DNA of 21,365 nucleotides from positions 1 to 21,365 of the forward strand of contig JASFEA010000042.1 of NCBI GenBank assembly GCA_050125095.1. Direction: 5' to 3'. Below, one piece after another: positions 8,639 through 14,996 of this stretch. The notes under the pieces were generated by a model. That model was not told the DNA's origin, did no database searches, and saw nothing but the letters and a program-made list of their open reading frames with translations. The translations under genes and the position numbers were made by a program. This stretch comes from a bacterium. Lineage in GTDB: Bacteria > Arandabacterota > Arandabacteria > Arandabacterales > JALGWA01. How positions within the stretch are numbered: position 1 is the stretch's first letter; each line of letters begins with the position of its first letter.

Positions 8639-10363
8639 ATGGCAAAGGTGCTGCTTCAGCCGATAGGCTCCAAGCTCGAGACTTTCGCGAGCGCCGATGA
8701 CGCGCGCGCCAATGCGGAAGCCATGGACCGGCTCGAGAAGGCAATAGCCGAGAAGCGGGCCGAGGTCAAGGCGGGCTGGGGCCGGAAGTACGTCGACCGC
8801 GTGCATGAGAAGGGAAAGCTCACTACCTGGGAGAGGCTGGAGCTACTTAAAGACCCCGGCACCGAAATCCTCCCCATCGGCACATTCGTCAACTACGGGC
8901 GCGAGTTCGAAGGCGGCAAGAAATGCCCCGGGGCAGGCGTGGTGACGGCCTTCGTGCGCGTCAAGAACCGCTACACCATGGTCATCGCCAATGACAACAC
9001 CGTGGCCTCGGGGGCGTGGTGGCCAATGACGCCCGAGAAGATAGAGCGCGCCCAGCATATCGCCATGCGCCTGCGCATTCCGGTCATATACCTTATCGAC
9101 TGCAGCGGCCTCTTCCTCCCCGAGCAGAGCCGTTCGTTCCCGGGCCCCACGGGCGCGGCCTTCATCTTCAAGATGAACAGCCTCCTCTCGGCCAACGGCG
9201 TGCCGCAGATAGCGGCAGTGTTCGGGGACTGCATAGCGGGCGGCGGCTACATGCCCATCATCTCAGACCGCGTCTACATGACCGAGCAGGCCTACATGGT
9301 GATCGCCGGGGCGGCCCTGATCAAGGGCGGCAAGTCGCAGAACATCACATCGCTTACCATAGGCGGGGCCGACATTCACTGCCATATCTCCAACTGCGCC
9401 GACTTCCGGGGCCCCGACGACCCCGCCGTGATAGAGATGATAAGAGAGGATATTTCAACACTCCCCAACTCGGCCGCCGAGTACTACCGGTACAAGGGAG
9501 ACGCGAGCGACCCTTCGTATGACACGGCCGAGCTCAAGCAAATCTTCCCCAGCGACTACCGTATGTCCTATGACACCCGCCAGGTCATAGCCCGGCTCGT
9601 CGACTCGAGCCTCTTCTGGGAGGTGCTCCCGGGAAAGGGCGAGGAGATGATCACCGGGATCGCCCGCATAGGCGGGCTCTATGTAGGCGTCATCGCCAAC
9701 AACCAGTACCTCATAGACCACACCGAGTACCCCGACCAGAAGCGGCCGGGCGGCATACTATATCGTGAGGGCATATCCAAAATCTCGCAGTTCTCGAGAA
9801 CCTGTAATTCCGACGGCATACCCATTGTATGGCTGCAGGACGTGTCCGGGTTCGATATAGGCGTGGAGGCCGAGAAAGAGGGACTCCTGGGCTACGGCTC
9901 CAACCTCCTCTACACCAACTCCACCAACACCGTGCCCATGATCACAGTGCTTCTGAGGAAAGCCTCGGGCGCGGGCTATTACGCCATGTCGAGTATCGCA
10001 TACGACCCCGTGCTCCAGCTCTCAACCCCCGTAACCAGGCTTGCCGTAATGGAGGGGAGAACTCTTGCCATCGGGACTTACCGAAGCAAACTCGATGACA
10101 ACTTTGAGATCATCACCAAGGACGAAGACGAACGAAAGAAGATACTTGAGGGCATGCAGGCCGTAGAGGACAGGATAACCGCGGACATGGACCCGGTGAA
10201 ATCCGCATCTCTCATGGACACGGACGAAGTCGTCTACATGGGTGAGATCAGAGCGTATCTTGAGGCAATGGTGGAAATGAGTTACCAGTCCATCGGCTAT
10301 AGGAGAATAAAGAACCCGAGGATCTGGTCGGTGCATGACATCCAGAACCTGACCGACATATAG
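8639..10363 (+). CDS. Acyl-CoA carboxyltransferase subunit, methylcrotonyl-CoA carboxylase beta / glutaconyl-CoA decarboxylase alpha-like
   Basis: [60 protein letters not shown]; two crotonase-type domains. Confidence 0.9.
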   Translation: MAKVLLQPIGSKLETFASADDARANAEAMDRLEKAIAEKRAEVKAGWGRKYVDRVHEKGKLTTWERLELLKDPGTEILPIGTFVNYGREFEGGKKCPGAGVVTAFVRVKNRYTMVIANDNTVASGAWWPMTPEKIERAQHIAMRLRIPVIYLIDCSGLFLPEQSRSFPGPTGAAFIFKMNSLLSANGVPQIAAVFGDCIAGGGYMPIISDRVYMTEQAYMVIAGAALIKGGKSQNITSLTIGGADIHCHISNCADFRGPDDPAVIEMIREDISTLPNSAAEYYRYKGDASDPSYDTAELKQIFPSDYRMSYDTRQVIARLVDSSLFWEVLPGKGEEMITGIARIGGLYVGVIANNQYLIDHTEYPDQKRPGGILYREGISKISQFSRTCNSDGIPIVWLQDVSGFDIGVEAEKEGLLGYGSNLLYTNSTNTVPMITVLLRKASGAGYYAMSSIAYDPVLQLSTPVTRLAVMEGRTLAIGTYRSKLDDNFEIITKDEDERKKILEGMQAVEDRITADMDPVKSASLMDTDEVVYMGEIRAYLEAMVEMSYQSIGYRRIKNPRIWSVHDIQNLTDI

Positions 10364-10461
10364 GGGAACGCGGTGAAGTGCGGAGGACAGCAGCAGAGGC
10401 GCCAAGAACAACATGAGCGGCAGAAGAACGCGGCAGACCGCAGGGGATAAAGGGAGACCCG

Positions 10462-11106
10462 ATGGCCAGGACAGAGCATGAGATGCTGAGGCTCATGGGC
10501 GAGCCCAAAACATGCGCGGTGAGAGAGGTGGAAGGCCACCCGGGCCACTTCGATGTGCTCTCACCGGGCGTCGGCCTCTTCGACCTGCCCCCCGCCGTGG
10601 GCACCTACCTTAAGCCCGGCTCCTTCGTGGGGTATCTTACGATACTTCGCCGCTACTTCCATCTCATGCTGCCCGAGAACCATCACGGTGTCGTGACCGA
10701 GCACTTCATCACAACACGCAGCCACAGGGTCGAGTATGGCGAGCCTCTCTTCCGGGTGAGTCCCGAAAGCGCCAGTCTCGCGGACGCTGCGCGCGAGCTG
10801 GGCGAGACCGAATCCGGCGGCGTCTCGGACGACATCCCGGAAGGCATGTTCGGCGTACGCTCTCCTACCGACGGCATCTTTTACCGCAGGGCCAATCCCC
10901 AGTCGCCCGCATATGCGGAGGAAGGCGAAATCATCACGCAGGGGGCCACCCTGGGCCTTGTGGAAGTCATGAAGTGCTTCAACCCCATCGTCTATCCCGG
11001 CGAGCCCGAGTTCCCGCATGAGGCGAGGATCGTGAGGATCGCCGCCGAGGACTCCGCCGAGGTCAAGCACGGCACGGTGCTCTACATAGTGGAGCCCAAA
11101 GCCTGA
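10462..11106 (+). CDS. accB: Biotin carboxyl carrier protein with two biotinyl/lipoyl-type domains
   Basis: C-terminal domain RSPTDGIFYR...GLVEVMKCFN carries the biotin Lys. N-terminal domain SPGVGLF...VEYGEPLFRV has no MK. RBS AAGGGAG. Confidence 0.85.
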   Translation: MARTEHEMLRLMGEPKTCAVREVEGHPGHFDVLSPGVGLFDLPPAVGTYLKPGSFVGYLTILRRYFHLMLPENHHGVVTEHFITTRSHRVEYGEPLFRVSPESASLADAARELGETESGGVSDDIPEGMFGVRSPTDGIFYRRANPQSPAYAEEGEIITQGATLGLVEVMKCFNPIVYPGEPEFPHEARIVRIAAEDSAEVKHGTVLYIVEPKA

Positions 11107-11167
11107 GGCACCAGCCCGCTATTCACAATGCTTGGGTCTGCGCCCTTGGCGCGCCTCTGTCCTTGAA

Positions 11168-11198
11168 GTCGTGGGTTCGTAGCGGGCCCCCGCTACCA
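11168..11198 (+). other. Degenerate tRNA-fMet-like 3' fragment (possible att-site scar); it overlaps a GTAGCGG/CCGCTAC hairpin
   Basis: GTCGTGGGTTCGTAGCGGGCCCCCGCTACCA: GGTTC at T-loop spacing and an ACCA end; the T-stem is broken and there is no 5' half. Confidence 0.45.
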
Positions 11199-11263
11199 TA
11201 CCAATCTGTTGAATCTCAGGGCCTCTCTAGTCATCGCTCAACCAGAACGGAACATCTGCGATG

Positions 11264-11288
11264 CGCCTCTGACCTCCCCGCAGAGGCG
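11264..11288. other. GC-rich hairpin upstream of the TA promoter (possible terminator or insulator)
   Basis: CGCCTCTG-9 nt-CAGAGGCG; no clear U-tract. Confidence 0.35.
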
Positions 11289-11302
11289 AATACACTCAGG
11301 AG

Positions 11303-11359
11303 TTGACACGGACCCTGATTGCAGTATAATCAACTGCAAGTGCAGTAATACCCACTGCA
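11303..11359 (+). promoter_or_regulatory. Consensus sigma70 promoter with two tandem palindromic operators
   Basis: TTGACA (11303-11308), 16 bp, TATAAT (11325-11330); TTGCAGT-N7-ACTGCAA (11319-11339) and TGCAGT-N7-ACTGCA (11341-11359). Confidence 0.85.
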
Positions 11360-11374
11360 GAAGGAGAGACGGCC

Positions 11375-11977
11375 ATGCTGTACGACTTGTTTGGTTCCCG
11401 CCTTCGTGCGAAAGCACTGGGGTGGCTACTCACGCACCCGGATGAGCGATATTTCGTCAGGCAGCTTACCGGAATCCTCGGTGAGGACTCGACCAATCTC
11501 AGCCGTGAGCTGACCAGACTCGCTCGCATGGGCATCCTGGTCGCTGAGCGGGAGGGCCGGCAGAAATACTACCATGTCAATCGTGATTCTCCTGTGTTTG
11601 AGGAACTCAGGGGACTGGCTGTCAAGACCTTCGCAGTTGCGGATGTCCTGAGGGAGTCTTTCAGTCACCTGTCCGAACGAATACGCGTAGCATTTGTTTT
11701 CGGCTCGTTCGCCGAAGGCCGCGAGAACGCCCAAAGTGATATTGATCTCGCGATTGTTGGAGATGCAAACCTCGCAGAGGTATCAAAGGCGCTGGGGAAG
11801 GCGGAGGACACGCTCGGAAGGGAGATAAATGTGTCAGTCTATCCCGTGGCGGAGTTCAGGTCGAAATTGAGGCATGGGCATCATTTCGTGACCTCGCTTA
11901 CGAAGGCCAGGAAGATCTTCCTGATTGGAGACGCGGATGACCTTGCAGAACTGGTTGAAAAGCCGTTATCTGATTGA
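11375..11977 (+). CDS. Winged-HTH (ArsR-like) fused minimal nucleotidyltransferase (MNT), antitoxin-type
   Basis: N-terminal LFGSRLRAK...LSRELTRL...GRQKYY HTH; GSFAEGRENAQSDIDL = GSx10DxD; RBS AAGGAG. Confidence 0.9.
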   Translation: MLYDLFGSRLRAKALGWLLTHPDERYFVRQLTGILGEDSTNLSRELTRLARMGILVAEREGRQKYYHVNRDSPVFEELRGLAVKTFAVADVLRESFSHLSERIRVAFVFGSFAEGRENAQSDIDLAIVGDANLAEVSKALGKAEDTLGREINVSVYPVAEFRSKLRHGHHFVTSLTKARKIFLIGDADDLAELVEKPLSD

Positions 11978-12374
11978 ACACACAGCCAGCCGCCAGGAGA
12001 TCAGCGACCTGCGACAGGGTGCTGCGCAAGATCTCGAAGACAGCCGAGTCTCCGGGCTAAGCGCCGGAGGGCGGTTTAACTTCGCCTATAATGCCGCACT
12101 CAAGACGGCTACTGCGGCTCTCGCTGCCTCGGGATATCGAGCCTCCCGGGATCAGCACCATTTCCGTGTCATCCAGTCACTGAGGTTCACGGTCGGTCTT
12201 GATTCCAGCTTGATTGAGTTGCTGGAGCGCTGTCGGAAAAAGCGCAACATCAGCATATACGAACGCCCGGGCACGATCTCGGACCAGGAGGCAGATGAGA
12301 TGACCCAATTGGCGCTGAAGATCCAGGCCACCACCGATAAGTGGCTGAAGGAGAGATTTCCCGATCTCTCATAG
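11937..12374 (+). CDS. HEPN-superfamily protein, partner of the MNT
   Basis: All-helical pattern, FNFAYNA, GYRASRDQHH, RKKRNISIYE. ATG at 11937 behind GGAG; overlaps the MNT gene by 41 nt. Confidence 0.75.
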   Translation: MTLQNWLKSRYLIEHTASRQEISDLRQGAAQDLEDSRVSGLSAGGRFNFAYNAALKTATAALAASGYRASRDQHHFRVIQSLRFTVGLDSSLIELLERCRKKRNISIYERPGTISDQEADEMTQLALKIQATTDKWLKERFPDLS

Positions 12375-12405
12375 AGGCCGGTGATCCCAGCCGGGCTGAT
12401 ATAAG

Positions 12406-12550
12406 CATCTTACGGTAAGGCGCCGCTATTTCCATCTTGCTCTCCCGGAGAACCACCGCGGCGTCGTTGGCAAGCACTTCGTCTATCCCGGCGAGCCCGA
12501 GTTCCCGCATGAGGCGAGGATTGTGAGGACCGCCGCCGGGGACTCCGGCG
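12406..12550 (+). pseudogene. Remnant copy of the biotin carrier gene with an internal 282-bp in-frame deletion
   Basis: 12407-12480 matches 10634-10707 (56/74, ungapped). 12479-12550 matches 10988-11059 (68/72, first 43 bp identical). In-frame TGA at 12397 and no start codon. Confidence 0.9.
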
Positions 12551-12650
12551 TTTTCGATGGCATTCTGGACCCACAAGGGAGAATGGAGTGCCCCCAACTG
12601 CAGTGATTGTCCCCCCTTAAGCCGATCCCGACACCTGCCATTTCTTTCGC

Positions 12651-12704
12651 TTGACTAAAGTCTATACCCAGCGTATATTAATATTATGACTGACGAGTCA
12701 GTCA
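12651..12704 (+). promoter_or_regulatory. sigma70 promoter and TetR-type operator
   Basis: TTGACT (12651-12656), 17 bp, TATATT (12674-12679); perfect inverted repeat TGACTGAC-GA-GTCAGTCA (12687-12704). Confidence 0.85.
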
Positions 12705-12735
12705 GTTTATTCTTTCAGGCGCGTGGAGGGATTCG

Positions 12736-13389
12736 GTGACCAAAACAAGACCCAGGGGGCGGCCAAGGCTCGACCCGTCGCTCCGCAGACGAGAGATCCT
12801 GGAGAAGGCCATCAGGCTCTTCGCCCGGAACGGTTATACCCGTACGGACGTCCAGGCCGTCGCCCGCTCCCTTGGAATAGCCAAGGGGACTGTGTATCTC
12901 TATTTCAGCTCCAAGAGGGACCTCTTTCTGGCGGCGGTGGAATTCGCCATAAAACGCCTGGCCGAGAGGATCGACGGGGAGGTCGGGAAGGCTGCAGGCC
13001 CTACCGAGAAGGTGAAGGCCCTCGTAGGCGCGCACTTCCGGTTCTTCGACGAGGACGAGCCCCTCGCTGAGGTCATCGTCCGGGAGGGCGGTGAGTTCAG
13101 GGCCCACGCCGAGAGCACGTACTATTCCATCTACGCGCAGAACGCCGGCCGCCTGGAGAAAATCGTCCGCGACGGCGTCAAGCTCGGGGTCTTTCGCCGC
13201 ACCAGTCCCAAGAGGACAAGCGAGATCCTGGCGAACCTGCTGAGCGGGACCATATACACGCATCTTTACGGGCACAGAACGGGAAAGGCTGCGGACGCCA
13301 CCGAGGCGACAACGGAGTTTTTGCTTCACGGCATCGCGTCTCAGCCTGGAAATCGCAAGAAAAGTGCATATAAGCGGAGGCGCAAATGA
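12736..13389 (+). CDS. TetR/AcrR family transcriptional regulator
   Basis: ILEKAIRLFARNGY...VARSLGIAKGTVYLYFSSKRDLF HTH; RBS GGAGGG. Confidence 0.95.
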   Translation: MTKTRPRGRPRLDPSLRRREILEKAIRLFARNGYTRTDVQAVARSLGIAKGTVYLYFSSKRDLFLAAVEFAIKRLAERIDGEVGKAAGPTEKVKALVGAHFRFFDEDEPLAEVIVREGGEFRAHAESTYYSIYAQNAGRLEKIVRDGVKLGVFRRTSPKRTSEILANLLSGTIYTHLYGHRTGKAADATEATTEFLLHGIASQPGNRKKSAYKRRRK

Positions 13390-14864
13390 GGATATTACTT
13401 GTCTACCCTGAATACCCGGCCACTTTCTGGAGCTTCAAATACGCCCTCGGATTCATCTCAAAAAAGGCGGTATTCCCGCCGCTCGGGCTCTTGACCGTCG
13501 CGTCGATGCTCCCGGAGGAATTCGAGGCCAGGCTTATAGACATGAATGTCGAATCCCTGAGAGACCGGGACATCGACTGGGCGGACTACGTCTTTGTAAG
13601 CGCCATGTCCATCCAGCGCGATTCGGCCGTCGAGGTTATTTCAAGGTGCAGAGCACTGGAGACGAAGACGGTTGTCGGCGGCCCCCTCTTCTCTTCCGAA
13701 CCCGAGGATTTCGAGGAAGCCGACCATCTCGTTCTCAACGAAGCCGAGGTCACCATGCCCCGGTTCATCGCAGACCTCCTGGCGGGCTGCCCCCGACACG
13801 TCTATACAACAGATGAACTCCCGTCCATGGAACTGGCGCCGATACCGAAATGGGACCTGCTCGACATGAGCAAATACCAGGGCATGAGCGTCCAGTTCTC
13901 CCGCGGCTGCCCCTTCGACTGCGAGTTCTGCAATATCTCGGCGCTGTTCGGCCACAAGGTAAGGACAAAGAGCACGGAGCAGACGCTGGCGGAGCTCGAG
14001 AGCCTGTACACGAGCGGCTGGAGGGGCAGCGTGTTCTTCGTCGACGACAATTTCATAGGCAACAAGCGGGCTCTTAAGAAGGTCCTCTTGCCCGCCATCA
14101 TCGAATGGATGGAAAAGAGGAAACGGCCTTTTTACTTCAACACCGAGGTCTCGGTTGACCTCTCCGACGACGAGGAGCTCATGGACCTCATGGTTAGGTC
14201 GGGCTTCGTGTCGGTATTCGTGGGCATTGAAACACCGAACGAAGCGAGTCTCGCCGAATGCAGCAAGCTGCAGAACAAGAACCGCGATCTACTGGCATGC
14301 GTGAAGAAGATGCAGGATAAGGGGCTTCGGGTGCAGGCCGGCTTCATCGTCGGTTTCGACAGCGACCCGGTCTCGACATTCGACAGCATGATAGCCTTCA
14401 TCCAGAAGAGCGGGATCGTCACGGCCATGGTAGGCCTTCTGAACGCCCCCCGCGGCACCAAGCTTCACAAACGCCTCGACGAAGAGGGCCGGCTCCTGAG
14501 AAAGATATCGGGCGACAATACGGACTTCACGCTCAACTTCATCCCCAAGATGGAAAAGGAGACCCTGGTCGGCGGCTATGAGAGAGTGGTCAGCACGATC
14601 TATTCAGCCGGTCCGTATTATGAGAGAGTCAGGAGATTCCTGAGGGAGTTCAATCCCCCGAGAAACAGCGGCTCCCGTTTGAGTTTCCGGGACATCAAGT
14701 CGCTCTTCAAGTCATCACTGCATCTTGGAATCGTCGACCGGGAAAGGTGGCATTACTGGAGGATCGTCCTATGGTCCCTGTTCAAGCGCCCGCGCGTGCT
14801 GCCGCTTACGGTCACTTTCGCGGCCTACGGTTTCCACTTCAGAAAGATCTTCAGGATCTCATAG
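13386..14864 (+). CDS. B12-binding domain radical SAM protein (DUF4070-type C-terminus)
   Basis: PPLGLLTVA and VVGGP (B12 domain), SRGCPFDCEFC (CxxxCxxC), FFVDDNFIGN, GFIVGFDSD; ATGA overlap with TetR. Confidence 0.93.
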   Translation: MRILLVYPEYPATFWSFKYALGFISKKAVFPPLGLLTVASMLPEEFEARLIDMNVESLRDRDIDWADYVFVSAMSIQRDSAVEVISRCRALETKTVVGGPLFSSEPEDFEEADHLVLNEAEVTMPRFIADLLAGCPRHVYTTDELPSMELAPIPKWDLLDMSKYQGMSVQFSRGCPFDCEFCNISALFGHKVRTKSTEQTLAELESLYTSGWRGSVFFVDDNFIGNKRALKKVLLPAIIEWMEKRKRPFYFNTEVSVDLSDDEELMDLMVRSGFVSVFVGIETPNEASLAECSKLQNKNRDLLACVKKMQDKGLRVQAGFIVGFDSDPVSTFDSMIAFIQKSGIVTAMVGLLNAPRGTKLHKRLDEEGRLLRKISGDNTDFTLNFIPKMEKETLVGGYERVVSTIYSAGPYYERVRRFLREFNPPRNSGSRLSFRDIKSLFKSSLHLGIVDRERWHYWRIVLWSLFKRPRVLPLTVTFAAYGFHFRKIFRIS

Positions 14865-14996
14865 CAGGAGACGACCCGCGACACCACAGCCGCCGTACCA
14901 GGCCATAATATCCCGGCCGGACTGATTCAATAAGCGTCTGGACTTACGGGCCCAACCCGTGAGAGGATTGAATAGCATGGGCGGAAGTCCCTTAAG

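Noticed and set aside
207-10421. Exact 16-mer GAACAACATGAGCGGC at 207-222 and 10406-10421
   Set aside because: One copy lies inside an intact CDS, the match does not extend, and no mobile element logic fits; treated as chance.
10373-10450. 25-codon ORF (VKCGGQQQRR...) between the carboxyltransferase and carrier genes
   Set aside because: Low-complexity purine-rich spacer with no recognisable motif; cannot be supported.
11122-11198. Intact tRNA gene
   Set aside because: No acceptor-stem 5' strand, D-arm or anticodon arm, and the T-stem is mispaired; kept only as a fragment.
10634-12550. Carrier gene and remnant as a diversity-generating retroelement TR/VR pair
   Set aside because: Mismatches are not adenine-specific (C/T, T/C, C/G, G/C all occur) and no reverse transcriptase is present.
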